From positions 15,624,001 to 15,688,000 of the forward strand of contig OX597840.1 of NCBI GenBank assembly GCA_951406725.2: a stretch of 64,000 bases of DNA, written 5' to 3'. The notes under the pieces are model-generated. The model did not search any database. It was given only the letters and a program-made list of their open reading frames with translations, and had not been told where the DNA came from. The DNA comes from Octopus vulgaris (lineage: Eukaryota). Below are positions 25,761 to 42,510 of this stretch, one piece after another (within the stretch, counting starts at the first letter, position 1; every line of letters starts with the position of its first letter). Made by a program: the position numbers and the translations under genes.

Positions 25761-26037
25761 CAACTGAATACAGTGGCAATAGAGACCTTAAGCAAGGTTT
25801 TCAGATTGTCTTACTTAATGCTGAGACAAATAATTCAATATTATCGACTACAATGGATATAGTAACCTTAAGCAAGGCTTTCAGATCATTCTACTTACTG
25901 CTGAGACAAATATCTTGAAACAGCTGACTACAATGGATGTAGTGACCTTGAGCAAGGTTTTCAGATCACTTCAATTATTGCTAAGACAAATTATTGATAC
26001 AGCTAACTACAGTGGAAGGAGTGACCTTGAGCAAGTT
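25761..26037. repeat. Diverged minisatellite, ~80-bp unit x 3.5
   Basis: (g/a)acctt(a/g)agcaag at 25784, 25864, 25944 and 26023. Confidence 0.85.
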
Positions 26038-26229
26038 AATCAGCACACATAAGTTATTGTTAATAACATGGATATATTGGAATGAATGAAGAGACACTTC
26101 AGAAGACACTGACTACTAGCATTTCTCTCTCACTCATTCTCCCTAGCTCTTATTCTCATTAATCACTCTTGTTCCTCTCTAATATTTATCTGCCTCTCTA
26201 ACGATATGTCTGTATGACTGCCTGCATAT

Positions 26230-26315
26230 AGATGTATGTGTGCGTATACAGACATAATACATTCACACAGGTACAAACAAGCATACATGTAAATACACAC
26301 ACACACATATACACA

Positions 26316-26347
<32 letters not shown>

Positions 26348-27030
26348 CCCACAAACACATATATATGCACACATATACATACACTCACATATAAACAAAC
26401 ACATATACATACATGAAAACATACAAGACAAAAGTTACGTATGTATGATTGTGTTTTGTACACTTACACATATATACACACATGCATACACCTGCACACA
26501 CACACATACACCCACACATGCACATATACACACAAACGTATTTATATGTGTGCACACACACAGACATACACCACACATACACCTGCGCACACACATGCAC
26601 ATATACATACAAACCTATTCCTACAAACACACACACATATACACACACCCATACACCTGCACACATATACACACTAACGTATTTATATGTGCACACACAC
26701 ACACACGCCTGCACACACACATATACATATATGCCCAAACCTATTTCTACAAACACACACACATATATATACACACATGCAGAAGCGTATTTATGCATGC
26801 ACACACACACATACACACACACACATATACACACAAACCTATTCCTACAAACATACACACACACACATATACACATGCATACATACACACATATACACAT
26901 GCATATATATATATACATGCACACACATACACATATACACACAAACATATTTCTACAAGCATACTCACACATACACCAGCAGACACACACACAAACAGAA
27001 ACATATTCACACACACAACACATATAGGAT
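26230..27030. repeat. Degenerate (CA/TA)n low-complexity tract with higher-order motif aaacctattcctacaaac
   Basis: Direct reading. Confidence 0.9.
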
Positions 27031-28377
27031 AAATGTAACAGCACTATTCTTCAGCACACAGTCTATATAAAAGCCACCAGGATCACTGCCACCATGACCA
27101 CCACCACAGCACGAAACACTACAACAACCACAACAATAGACGGTGCTGCTATATACGTCCAGTCTCATTGTTGTGGGGGTACAAACCTAAGCTATTCCTG
27201 ACAGAGACACAAAGATAACATTTACCTGTATCTGTTGTTGTTGTGGTGTCATGTGCTTGTAATTGTTATTCTCGTCTATGTCTGTCTTGGCTTGTCTCCA
27301 TTTTACACCTACATTCCTTCTCTCTCTCTTTCTCTCTCTCACACACACACACATACACCAATGTCAAGTGTGTACAGACAGACAAAGTGACTCACAAACA
27401 GTTTATTTAAGCTGATGCACTCCACGTTTGTATTGAGTACTTCTCTGTTATGTGTACATGGACTATTATAAATATAAGAGGAAGAGCATCCAGCTGAAGA
27501 AACCATGCCAAACCAGACTGGAGTCTAGCGCTGCTCCCCAGCTTGCTAGCTCTGGTCACACTGTCCAACCCATGCCAGCATGGACAACAGACGTTAAATG
27601 ATGATGATGATGATATAGATATATATATACATACATGGCTCTGTGTTTGTGTTGGTGTGTGGTAGGAGGTTTGCTTCCCAAACACATGGTTCTGGGTTCA
27701 AGTCCCACTGCATGGCACCTTGGGCAAATGTTTTTTCCTATAATTTTGGGCACGCCAAGGCCTGGTGAATGGATTTGGAAGACGAAAACTGAAAGAAGCT
27801 TGTCATATATATGTATGTATGTATGTATGTGGTAGGAAGTTTGTTTCCCAACTACATGGTTCTGAGTTCAATTCTACTACATGGTGCCTTGAGCAAGTGT
27901 CTTTACCTTTAGCCATCGACCAACCAAAACCTCCTGAGTAGATTTGCAAGACGGAAACTCAAAGAAGCCTATCATACGCACACACACACACACACACACA
28001 TATATATAATGTGTGCATATGTGTGCCTGTATGTGCCTGTGTGTGTGTCATTATGTTTGTTCACAAACACCACTTGATGGCCTGTAACTTAGCAGCTCAG
28101 TAAAAAGAATAAGGATCACGCTTTAAAAATAAGTAGTGGAGTCGATCTCTTTAACTGCATTCTTCAAAGCAGTGCTCCAGCATGGCCACATCGCAATGAC
28201 TGAAGCCAGATAAAAGATATAGATACAGAAATTGTTGGAAATATTCCCCACAAGTCAGAAGATATGTGTATGTATGTGCATTTATATGTACGTATATGTA
28301 TCTATATATACACACACAGACATATATATATATATATACATACATATATATACACACACATACATATATATATATAC

Positions 28378-28412
<35 letters not shown>

Positions 28413-29132
28413 AACTTTTACATATAAATGTATGTATGTATGCATATATGTACACACATCAATGTGTATGCATTTAAATATATTAGTATATATATATATG
28501 TGTAAATGTTTCTATGCATATATGCATGTGAGTGTCTATACACACACACACACACACATATATATATATCTCTGTATGTATGTGATATATGACAGCTCAT
28601 CCATCAAATTTGACAATTTGACAAGGCCCTCACAGCTCAGTTCCATAGGCGTATGTTAAACCAGAACAAAAATCAGTTTTTTTATCTCCATAGTAAAGAA
28701 AAAAATATATATACCTTCTCCTCCCTTCCATTAACCTCACCTTCTCTCCCCCTCCTCCTGTCTCTTTCTCGTCCTTGCAAATATACAAGATATACATAAA
28801 TATACAAGAATATACAAGAAAATATACAAGCGAAGACAACTGAGCTTGTATAAGAAAGCAGAAGATTGCTAAAAGGACTGAAGGGATCTCCAGTCCTTAC
28901 CGTATCATCTAACTTTCGGTGTGTCCATCATGTTTACGCCCACCATCAAAGTGTCTAACCCATCTTGACTGTTTACACTAGCACCTGCTGATCCTGCCAC
29001 CACCAACTGGCCTGATGCCTCCAACTTCAAAATTGTGCAGTTGTCACATGTAAATGCCGTATGAATTTGCAACTTGCCATATACATACATATGCCAGCAC
29101 TCTATGAGTGTTCAATTCCATCCAAGGAATTG

Positions 29133-29169
<37 letters not shown>

Positions 29170-29172
<3 letters not shown>

Positions 29173-29472
29173 CTACTAATCATGAAGTAGTGAGTTCGAT
29201 TCCCAGACCAGGCTGTGTGTTGTGTTCTTGAGCAAGATGCTTTATTTCACGTTGCTCTAGTTCACTCATCTGTAGAAATGAGTTGTGACGTCATTGGTGC
29301 CAAGCAGTTTTGGCCTTTGCCTTTCCCTTGGACAAAATCGGTGACATGGATAGTGGCAACAGTATACAAGGGCTCCTACTGGTCTTCCATAAACAACCTT
29401 ACCCAGACTCATGCCTAGGAGAGTAACTTTCTAGGTGCAATCCCATGGTCATTCATGACCGAAGGGGGTCTT
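29170..29472 (+). mobile_element. tRNA-derived SINE family C
   Basis: B-box GAGTTCGATTCC followed by TGTTGTGTTCTTGAGCAAG...; two reverse copies at ~38770-39045 and ~39095-39430. Confidence 0.75.
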
Positions 29473-30716
29473 TTATATATGAATGGACATTTGAAAGAAA
29501 AGACACTCAACACATTTTAAATTGTTTGGTTCAGTTCTATGTGACTTTAAGTTTCACTGGCTTCTAGCAGAAACCCATCTTTATTCAACTGAGATTACCA
29601 AATCTAAGACAGTAGTAGTCATAGTTGTACTTGTAGTAGTAGTAGATGTGATGTGCCAAAGCCACATATAAAATTAAAATTTCTCAAATATTTAAAATCT
29701 ATCAATTAATAGAAGAAAAATAAACAAAAACTTGTCAATAATACTCTTTTACTTATATCAGCCATTTGACTGTGGCCATGCTGGAGCACCGCCTTTAGTC
29801 GAGCAAATCGATCCCAGGACTTATTCTTTGTAAGCCTAGTACTTATTCCATCAGTCTCTTTTACCGAACCACTAAGTTACGGGGACATAAACACACCAGC
29901 ATCGGTTGTCAAGCGATGTTGGGGGGGACAGACACACACATACATATATATATATACACAATGGGCTTCTTTCAGTTTCCATCTACCAAAACCAGGCACA
30001 AGGCCTTAGTCGACCCAAGGCTATAGTAGAAGACACTTTCCCAAGGTGCCACACAGTGGGAATGAACCCAGAACCATGTGGTTGGTAAACAAGCTACTTA
30101 CCACACAGCCACTCCTACATCTATGAATAATAGTTGATGACTCTGAAAGGAAAAAAGACAATTTCCAGAGATTAATAATTTTCACAGGAAATTAAATATT
30201 TTTCATGTTTAGGGGCCAAACTGATCAGTCTAACCAAGGTAGGATCATATTCTTCTCCAAGATCTGAAAATTATATTATTGGTAAAACTTTTTTTGCAGC
30301 TTCTTCAAGTTATCTCCCCTTCCTTTTCTCAATCACTAACAGCTGCTGCTGCTGCTGGTTTTGTTGGGGTTTTTTGCTTCTATTTTTGTGTTGTTTTCTT
30401 TCTTCGGGTAAGAGGCAAAATGCAACTCATAGGGAAATTTTTGCATTTGTCATTTAGTACATACACACTTATATACATATACACATAATATATATACACA
30501 CATATATACATCAACATATATGTGTATATATATACATATATATATATACATTGTGTATATATATTAGTAAGTCTATGTAAATGTGTGTGTATATATAGGT
30601 GTGGGTGTGGATGTATATATATGTATATATAGACAGAAGTGCACAATACACAGTGCATGTGCCTGGGCACACACACACACATGCATACATATGCACACAC
30701 ACGTTTACACACACAT

Positions 30717-30765
<49 letters not shown>

Positions 30766-31405
30766 TATACAGTCATAGGAACATCTGTATGTGTACATGT
30801 GTTTGTATATGTCTACATACATAAATGTACACAGAAACACGTGCATTTTATGTGGGTGTCAAGTAGTACTTTATTTATGCTTATAGACACATGTGCATGT
30901 ACAGGTGCACATTTATATGCATCTATGTGAGCGTGAGTGTGCAATTTACTGTGCAGATGAGATCCATAAAATGTCAACTATTCTGTCTGCACGAAAATGA
31001 CACCATCACTTGCTCCTCCCCTGCACCGTAGCCACCTATTGTTTGGTGAAGTAATTAACGATGTAATTATGGAGGTGGGCGTGGGTGGATTGTAAAGGAA
31101 GGTTTTTCCTCCTCCCACGCCATCACCAAATAAGATTCCTTGTGTGAAGAATGGTAATGGTTCTGTCATTTGAATCTGAGGATTTTACAGCAATAGACAC
31201 AATTAAAAAAATTCAGCAGACGTAACTGCAACAGGAGAAAAACAACAACAGCAGCAGCAACTCCAGTGATAATGATGATAATAATAATAATAACAATAAT
31301 AATAATAATAACAATAACAATAATAATAATAATGATAATAGTGATAAAATTAAAAACTGTTGTGATGATAATAAGAAGAATGGTGGGAACAATAACAACA
31401 ATTGT

Positions 31406-31440
<35 letters not shown>

Positions 31441-31504
31441 CAACAAGAGTGTTGATCATAATGACGATGATAATGAGGAGAATAATAATAATAACAAAAA
31501 TGAT

Positions 31505-31722
31505 AACAATCCTTTCTATGAAAGGCACAAGGCCTGAATTTTGGGGAGGAGGAATAAGTTGATTACATCGACCCCAGTGCATAACTAGTACTTGTTTTAT
31601 CGACCCTGGAGGGATAAAAGGTAAAGTCGACCTTGGTGAGATCTGAACTCAGAACGTAGTGATGGGTGAAATACCGCTAAGTATTTTGCCTTGCATGCTA
31701 ACTATTCTGCCAGCTCACTGCC

Positions 31723-31777
<55 letters not shown>

Positions 31778-31978
31778 CACAAGGCCTGAAATCTAGGGTG
31801 GGAGGGACTAGTCTATTACATCAGCCCCCAGTACCCAACTGGTACTTATTTCATTGACCTTGAAAGGATAAAAGGCAAAGTCGACCTTGACGGAATTTGA
31901 ACTCGGAGTGTAAAGACAGACGAAATACTGCTAAGCATTTTGCCCATTGTGCTTACGTTTCTACCAGCTCAATGCCTT
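31505..31978 (-). mobile_element. Two SINE B copies separated by (AAT)n
   Basis: Family motif matches. Confidence 0.8.
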
Positions 31979-32390
31979 CAGATAGATATACATTAACAAA
32001 GCAAAGTTAAATGGGATACAAAGATACAGAAAATTAAATGGAGAAGTGATGGTGTTATAGGTTGAGCACCATACCTTCTGCTCATAATTTTCTTTGTATT
32101 CTGTGTAAGTTTGCTTTAAGAATATATATATCTATATACTTAATTGAAAAAATTCTGGAGTCAACAAGAAGGACTAAGGTTGGACATATATTTTTCAATC
32201 ACTACAATTGTTTCCACACAACTTAGTTCTCCAGCCTGCTGCTAAATTCATGCCATGAGATGCAGAGAGGATGTTCTTGAAGCTGAGATTTTGAACTTAC
32301 AGAGAAAATATTTACATATCACCTGAGGAAACACAACTAGATTTTGTAAACCAGGGAAACGGTATGTGTATATATATATATATATATTAA

Positions 32391-32456
<66 letters not shown>

Positions 32457-32467
32457 GTATGTACATC

Positions 32468-32720
32468 TCTATATATATAAAACTGAGAATGTGTGTCTGT
32501 CTGTCTATGTGTTTTCCTAAAACTTGAGAACTACACAACCAATTTCATTCAAATTTTCACATGCCTTACTTAGGGTCCATGTAGTTTCATGGGCAAAAAA
32601 TGTTCAACTTCTTGCCTAGAGCGAGCCCATAGCAATATCATATCTTCTCCACTATTTTAGTATTACGTGTTAAAAGTGAAACTAAACATTTCTCTATTTT
32701 ATGTCAGATACTTTCACTTT
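32468..32720 (+). mobile_element. Helitron-like 5' end
   Basis: TCTATATATATAAAA...gtgtgtctgtctgtct...accaatttcattcaaattt pattern. A similar start occurs at 45367. No 3' CTAG end was identified. Confidence 0.45.
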
Positions 32721-32947
32721 AACAATAAAAATAATAATAACAATTGAATTATATGTAGTAAGTAATAATTAAAATCAAACTAAAGTATAATATAATCGTA
32801 ACATAACGAAAGTAAAAATAGCAATTGGTATAAAGTTGCAACAATGACTTGAACTTGAATAAGTGGTTTCACATGAATGGGAATAAATTAGAAATAAAAT
32901 TAGTGTGCAGAAATGGAATAGTCCAGATGGATAATAAAAAATGAAAT

Positions 32948-33910
32948 TATCAAAGGCTTTTGCAAAGTCGAGATATATCACATCCATACTTGAGCCATTT
33001 TGTAGCTGTTTTAACACCCAGTTATGGATAAGGCATATTATCCCTTCTTTCAATATGACTGAGAGCTTACCACTTGCAAGAAAGCTCTGAAAAAGAAGCT
33101 GTACTGGTTTTGCACGATTTGAGAAGGATTGCTGGGAATCTATCAGGTCCAGCAGCTGAGTTTGTGTCAATCTCATCAATGGCTAGTGTGATATCATCAT
33201 CTTCAATGTTGATGTACTCAATTTTTGCCTCTTTGGCCGCAGGTAAAGTGGCAAAGAATTCTTCTGGGTTGTTTACTTGCCTGTGTCCTAGAGGTGTAGT
33301 GAACACACTTTGGAATTGTTTGTTCAGTATTTCACTTATCCTTGTGGGATTTCCTGTGAGGGAGCCATCTTTTTGGTGAGGTCCTATTCTCTGGTGCACT
33401 GTGGCTGTCTCTTTGGCAAACTTAAAGAAAGTTTTAGGGTTTGACTTTATATTTTCTATTACCCAAGCTTCTTTATCTGCTCTCTCCTTTTCATGAGACT
33501 GATGCAGACTTTTCTCAGTTTCCATTAGCATTCTTTCGAGCTGAGACTACTCACCACTTTTGGTGTGCTTGCTCAGGCGGTTCGCAATCCTTGTCCATCG
33601 TCTCATAAGAATCCTCCTTTCTCTAGGGTTCCTGCTTTTGTTTTTGTGTGTGCTGACACTGCACACTGGGACATATTTGTCACATATGGCTTGTATTATG
33701 GACATGAAGCATTTGTGTTTCATGTCAATGTCCGGTGTGGAGAGACATTCAGGCCAATCCTGTTTGAGGATCTCTTTCTCGATCAACTTCCAATTTGCTT
33801 TATGAAAGTTTAAGATTGTGGATGCTTCGTATAGGCTGTGTGTCTGCGGGGGCTTTTGTTCTATACATAGACAGCTCTATTATATTGTGATCCGAGACCA
33901 ATGTTGGCAT
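32948..33910 (-). mobile_element. CR1/L2-type LINE ORF2 fragment, internally deleted
   Basis: Minus strand carries VSDHNII (APE end), IKSNPKTFFKFAK, AAGPDRFPAILLKSCK and MDVIYLDFAKAFD, with frameshifts. Confidence 0.85.
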
Positions 33911-33924
33911 CGTGAAGCAAACAG

Positions 33925-33981
33925 TATGTATATATGTATGTATATATATATATAATATATATATCTATATGCATATATATA

Positions 33982-34025
<44 letters not shown>

Positions 34026-34172
34026 TATAGATATATATATTATATATAGATATATATATGCATATAGATATATATATTATATATAGATATATATATGCAT
34101 ATAGATATATATATTATATATAGATATATATATGCATATATATATATATATATATATATATAGATATATATA

Positions 34173-34206
<34 letters not shown>

Positions 34207-34217
34207 TATATATATGC

Positions 34218-34249
<32 letters not shown>

Positions 34250-34259
34250 GATATATATA

Positions 34260-34316
<57 letters not shown>
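33925..34316. repeat. (TA)n array with TAGA/TGCA variants
   Basis: Direct reading. Confidence 0.95.
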
Positions 34317-34629
34317 CAGTTGCGGCCAAAATGTTCAGAACAGCATTGTTTTCGTCAGAAAAGTAGATATAATTTTTTATCAAAGTTGTTTTATATTCTA
34401 TAATTTTCACAGACAATAAATACGATATTATTTGTTATTGCCTGAGATTTTGGTGTAATTTGAGAGGATAATACAAAAGTTATGGATGATTTAATGATTT
34501 ATTGCAAAATGATCAGAACAGTTGAAAAAATAACAAAATAATCAAAAATGACAGAGAATACTGGAATTATTTAATATTTAGTGTGAAGCCCTTTAGCTTC
34601 AATCACACTCTGACATCTTCAACTGCATG

Positions 34630-34630
<1 letters not shown>
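34317..34630 (-). mobile_element. Tc1-like transposon 3' end
   Basis: TA-CAGTTGCGGCCAAAA terminus. Minus strand reads RCQSVIEAKGLHTKY*, the Tc1 transposase C-terminal motif. Confidence 0.75.
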
Positions 34631-37505
<2,875 letters not shown>

Positions 37506-37922
37506 ACAACAACCACAATTACAATACAGCCACATCTGTCAGTAAATAGTTTCCTCCCTTCCCATCATGCATCAGCCTAAATTTCCTCATCACAAGACAC
37601 CAAGTGACTTGAGGAACAAAATGCAATTATCAGTTGTAATTAACAACAAGTAGGGAGGTTAACGAAGTGCAACTGATTATGTCTACCTACACATTTCTTT
37701 CACGGTTGATTACTTCCTCCTACCATCACTAGCAACCCTTGGAGCATAGTTTATTGTGTGAAACCTGCCAAGTTTGTACATGGGAGGCTGGGAAGTAAGG
37801 AAAGGGACTTGATTTTGCAGAATAAATACTTAACTCTTTGGCCCTTAAACTGGTCACATTGGACCCGAATATTCCACATGTCTCTTGTTCAGATATGTCA
37901 TTTGACAGAATAATCTGAATTT

Positions 37923-38171
37923 GTAGCCGGACAAAATAAATCCCTGAAATATCAGAATCTGGCAGGGAACTATCTCTTCCAACCTGTAGCGTTTGAATCA
38001 TTTAGAGGGACTGGGCCACTAACGGCGAAGTTCTTGCCATTGTTAGCAGCTTACCTCACCGCGATGTCAGCTGATGCCCATGAGAGCATTTGGCTTTTCA
38101 AACACCTTAGCCTTACCATTGCCCATGGTAATGCTGCAAGTGAACTGGTTTGCTTCAGTAGGTTTCATTAA
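37923..38171 (+). mobile_element. CRE-clade-like non-LTR retrotransposon C-terminal fragment (RLE end)
   Basis: Open frame absent from the ORF track: VAGQNKSLKYQNLAGNYLFQPVAFESFRGTGPLTAKFLPLLAAYLTAMSADAHESIWLFKHLSLTIAHGNAASELVCFSRFH*. It fits the CRE pattern K..KY..L...Y.F.P.A.E..G..G...LS..I..GNAA. Confidence 0.7.
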
Positions 38172-40037
38172 ACCTTGTTGTGTGCAACCAATTGAAGCAT
38201 TGATCATTTTTTCTCTTTATTCTTTTTTCTTTTATTTTTTTCTCTCTCTCTCTCCTTTTCCTTTTTTGTTTTCTTCTTCTTTTGTAAAAATTATATTAGA
38301 TAAAAGAAAATATTTATAGACATCTGAATATGAAAGGGTTAAAGTGATTTAAATTAAAACTGTCTATCAAAACTTCACATTATGTTCCAAACACCAGCTT
38401 AATAATGACAAGATTCTTTTTTATTAAACTCTTCATTGTTTTCAAACTAAACAGAGACAAAGATAATGTTTTTCAATAGAAATATGGTAAGAAAAATGGG
38501 TTAACCCAAAGGTTCTCAATGTGGCCTATACCGCCACAAAGGAGGCACTGGGCATGTTGGAGGGTGTGGTGCAGGGGGAAATGCAGTAGCATAATTATCA
38601 TACTAAATTAATTGAAATAAAGACAACATATTTCAAGAGACAGTTAAAAAAAAAAACAGATAATAAATACAACAAACAAAGAGAAAACAGATGATCTTTT
38701 TTTTTGTGTCAGTTTACCATTTGTTTGAGCATATATTATAAAGACTAAAGACCCTCTTTGGTCATAAATTACCATAATGTACCTAGAAAGTTCTAGAAAG
38801 TCCAGGCAAGGTTGTTTATGGAAAACCAACAGCCGCCCATGCATACCAGCCTGATGTTATCCAAGGAAAAGGCAAAAGATGCCAATACAGTTTGGCACCA
38901 GTGAGGTCACAACTCATTTCTATATGGTGCAGCATGAAATAAAGTGTATTGCTCAAGAACACAGCACATAGCATGGTCCAGGAATCGAACTCACTACCTC
39001 ATGATTCTGAGGCCAACACTCTAACCAATTAGCCATGTACCTTCACATATGCAGATGAATATATATGTATGTGTGTGTGTGTGTGCATATGTAAAATCCC
39101 TTCTTCAGTCATGAATGACCATGAGATTGCACATAGAAAGTTCCCCTCCAAGGTACAAGCCCAGGAAAGGTTGTTTATGGAAGACCAGCAGTCGCCCATG
39201 CATACCAGCCTCTCCTCTCCACACCACCAGTGTTATCCAATGGAAAAGCAAAAGGGGGCCAATACAGCTTGGCACCAGTGATGTCGCAACTCATTTCTAC
39301 AGCTGAGTGAATTGGAGCAACGTGAAATAAAGTGTCTTGCTCAAGAACACAACACACAACCCTGTATGGGAATCAAACTCATTACCTCATGATTGTAAAC
39401 CTGACTTTCTAACCACTAAGCCATGCATCTTCCTTACCAATTACATGGTTCTGGGTTCAGTCCCACTGCATGACACCTACTATAGCCTTGGGCCAATATG
39501 GGGCAGATGGGTTATTACAGTCCAAAGCTATGCTTCTTCAAAGTCCCTGCCTTGTAAGACGGATCAGAGAACTGGGTCTGACTTGTAAGCAGGGTCATCT
39601 TAGCAGAATTTATAGGCCCCTGGGCAATTCAGTACTCTGGGCCCTAGAGTATTTATTGACAGCAAGCCACAACAGGATACATAGATTAGAATTAGGCCCC
39701 TAGATCTGCGAGGCCCCTAGGAAACTTCCAGGTATGCCCACGCCTTAGCACAGCACTACTTTATTCTTTTGTTCTTCTATTTGTTTTAGTCATTTTACTG
39801 CGGCCATGCTGGAGCACCACCTTGAAGGGTTTTTTAGTCAAAGAAATTGACCCCAGGATTTATTCTTTGAAAGCCTAGTACTTATTCTATCGGTCTCTTT
39901 TGCTGAACTGCTAAGTTATGGGGGCGTAAACACACCAACATTGGTTGTCAAGTGATGGTGGAGGGACAAACACAGACAGAAAGACACACACACATAAATA
40001 TATACATATGAAGCACTATTACTACTACATGCTTGTA

Positions 40038-40911
40038 CATGAGGTCTGATCAATAAGTACCAGGACTGTTGCTATAGTAACGGAGCTAAAGCACACAGTG
40101 AAGCCACTTGGCACAGACTGACCTTGAACTCTGCTGTGCATGCACACTAAGTTTTAACATTCTAGCTCACTTCTGCTGTTTACAACAGTGCTAGGAAGAA
40201 AGGTGTGTAGCATGTGATCATCGCATTGACCATGACAGAGAAAGTTATCATGGTGATGCCTGCTAAGTTGCAGAAAGTGCATGGAGAGGGGTGTATGAGT
40301 CACACACGAGTGTACGAGTGGTTCAGACATTTCCAAGATGTCATAAAAAATGTTGATATTGACAAACGTTCTGGGAGACCCGCAACCAGTAGAACTGAAG
40401 AAAACATCGCAGATGTGCATGCAGCTGTATGAGAAAATTGTCAAATCCCTATCCATGAGTTATCAGAGGATGTTCAAATTAGTTCAGTCCAATACCACTG
40501 AAGATTTGGGTATGAGATGAATGTCTGCCAAGTTTGTGCCAAAAACTGCTTTCAGCTGACCAAAAAAGACACTTGGGTTTTAGATGCACAAGATCTCCTT
40601 GATTGTGTTGAGGATGATGAAAATATTTTGAAAACTTTGTGTAGGTCTCTGAGCAGGTATCGCCAGGCTTTTGGCAAAGTTTGACGCAAATTCTCTGCTC
40701 AGTTTTCTCTGTCATGTTCAATGCAATGATCACATGCTACACACCTTCCTTCTAAGCACTGCTGTAAACAGCGAAGGTGAGCTAGAATGTTAAAACTTAG
40801 TACACATGCACAACAGAGTTCAAGGTCAGTCTGTGCCAAGCAGCTTCACTCTGCATGCTTTAGCTTCATTACTATGGCAACAGTCCAAATACTTATTGAT
40901 CAGACCATGTA
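40038..40911. mobile_element. Mariner derivative with two inverted 5' ends (~200-bp pseudo-TIRs)
   Basis: Both arms run from ...GGTCTGATCAATAAGT to the start codon. The + arm reads MTEK...KLQKVHGEGCMSHTRVYEWF...RSGRPATS...SAKFVPK; the - arm reads MTEKTEQRICVKLCQKPG. No catalytic C-terminus. Confidence 0.85.
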
Positions 40912-42244
40912 TACATTTATGTATATATGCAATGGGTTTCTTTCAGTTTCCGTCAATCAGATCCACTCACAAAGCTTTGGTCAGCCTGAGGCTAAAGTAA
41001 AAGGACACTTTCTCCAGATGCCATGCAGTGGGACTGAACCCAGAACTATGTGGTTGGGAAGCAAGCTTCTTAACACAGCCACAACTGCACCTATACTTGT
41101 ATATTTTATTTCCAGCTGGTCCTGTCACCAACTAGTTTACAGACAGTGGAGAAGGTATTAAAATAAAGTACTGGTTAAAGACTGGGGTTTATTTAATTCA
41201 TTGCTCCCTTTCCATCATTATTGGCAGTGGTGGTCTCGTACCAATTGTATAAATCAATATTATTGAAGGAAAACATTGTTTTCTTTTGATAATTTTTCAA
41301 CCTCCTCCTTAATTAGAAATTAATTAAACATCTCAGCCTACATCACCAAACAAATTGCATCCACATTTATTATATTTTTTTAGTTTGATGTGTGTGAGTT
41401 AGTGCAATGTATATGTAAATATATGTGTATATGTATGTGTGTATGTATGTGTGTGTAAATATGTTTGTGTATGTATATATATATGTGTGTGTGCGTGTAT
41501 GTGTATATGCGTATGTATATATATAGATAGATACATACATACATACATAGCTACATAGATAGATAGATGCATATATACATACATATATACATACATTGAT
41601 TGACTGATTGATAGACAGACAGACAGAGATAGATAAACAAAATAAAACTATAAAAAAGAATTAATAAACAAATTGAAAAAAATTCTGGCAGATGAAAAAA
41701 TAAATGAGAAAGATTGAACCAATTAGCAAGTAATAGTGCTAATCAATTGGTTCGTCAAACCAAATTGGGAGGTAGAGCAATGAATGTGATTAAAATAATG
41801 TGTGATGAGAGCTTGCAGAGGAACATGCAGAAGAGATGATGTGCCAACCAATTGGAGGAAGAGAGCTTGGAATGGGGGTGGGGGGCAGGTAACAAAGGTA
41901 TGGTTAATTAAGGATTGGTAATTGAAAATAAGTGTGTTACTACTACTATTTATATTACTACTGATACTACCACACCACCACCACCATTATTACTACTACA
42001 CACTTGTATATATACACACGCAAATATATATATATACAACCTTCAGAGTTTGTTTTACAGAGCTTAGAAAATCTGGAGCAACAAGGAGCAGCTAGTCATC
42101 CTGGAGTTGGGGCTGAGCATTGAAGGTACATTGGTGACTGATCAGGCCAAGCCACACCCAGAAGGTTCTCTGGCAGAGTGGACAGATGATGGGGGATGGT
42201 AGCTGTGGGGGCTTGATGGTACTTGTTTTCCTGGCCTGCAGCAA

Positions 42245-42510
42245 TTCCGTTGGCCTAGTGGATAGAGCAGTGGACTTGCGGTCAAGGGATCGTGGGTTCG
42301 AATCTCAGACCGGGCGATGTATGTGGTTATGAGCGAAACACCTAAGCTCCACGCAGCTCCAACAGAAGGTAATGGCGAACTTCTGCTGACTCTTTCGCCA
42401 CAACTTTCTCTCACTCTTTCCTCCTTTTTTGCAGCTCACCTGCAACAGACCTATACACCAAGGAAACTGGGAAACTGGCCCTATGAGCCAGGCATGGCTT
42501 GAGAAGGAAC
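42245..42510 (+). mobile_element. tRNA-derived SINE, family E variant
   Basis: TGGCCTAGTGGATAGAGCA...GGTTCGAATC head. Body is similar to 56995-57300. Confidence 0.75.

Noticed and set aside
26163-27070. Overlapping HT/CV/YI-rich ORFs up to 266 aa (also at 2754, 4362, 19162, 30380, 37048, 48208, 49074)
   Set aside because: (CA)n/(TA)n low complexity lacks stop codons by composition.
27128-27177. Short hairpin resembling a pre-miRNA
   Set aside because: Stem is mostly (CAA)/(TTG) low complexity and cannot be supported without small-RNA data.
28905-29090. 61-aa minus-strand ORF in non-repetitive sequence
   Set aside because: No recognisable domain and no consistent splice sites in an open frame.
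42061-42125. Possible exon (ttttacAG ... AG|GTAC)
   Set aside because: Stop codons in all three frames and no C2B similarity.
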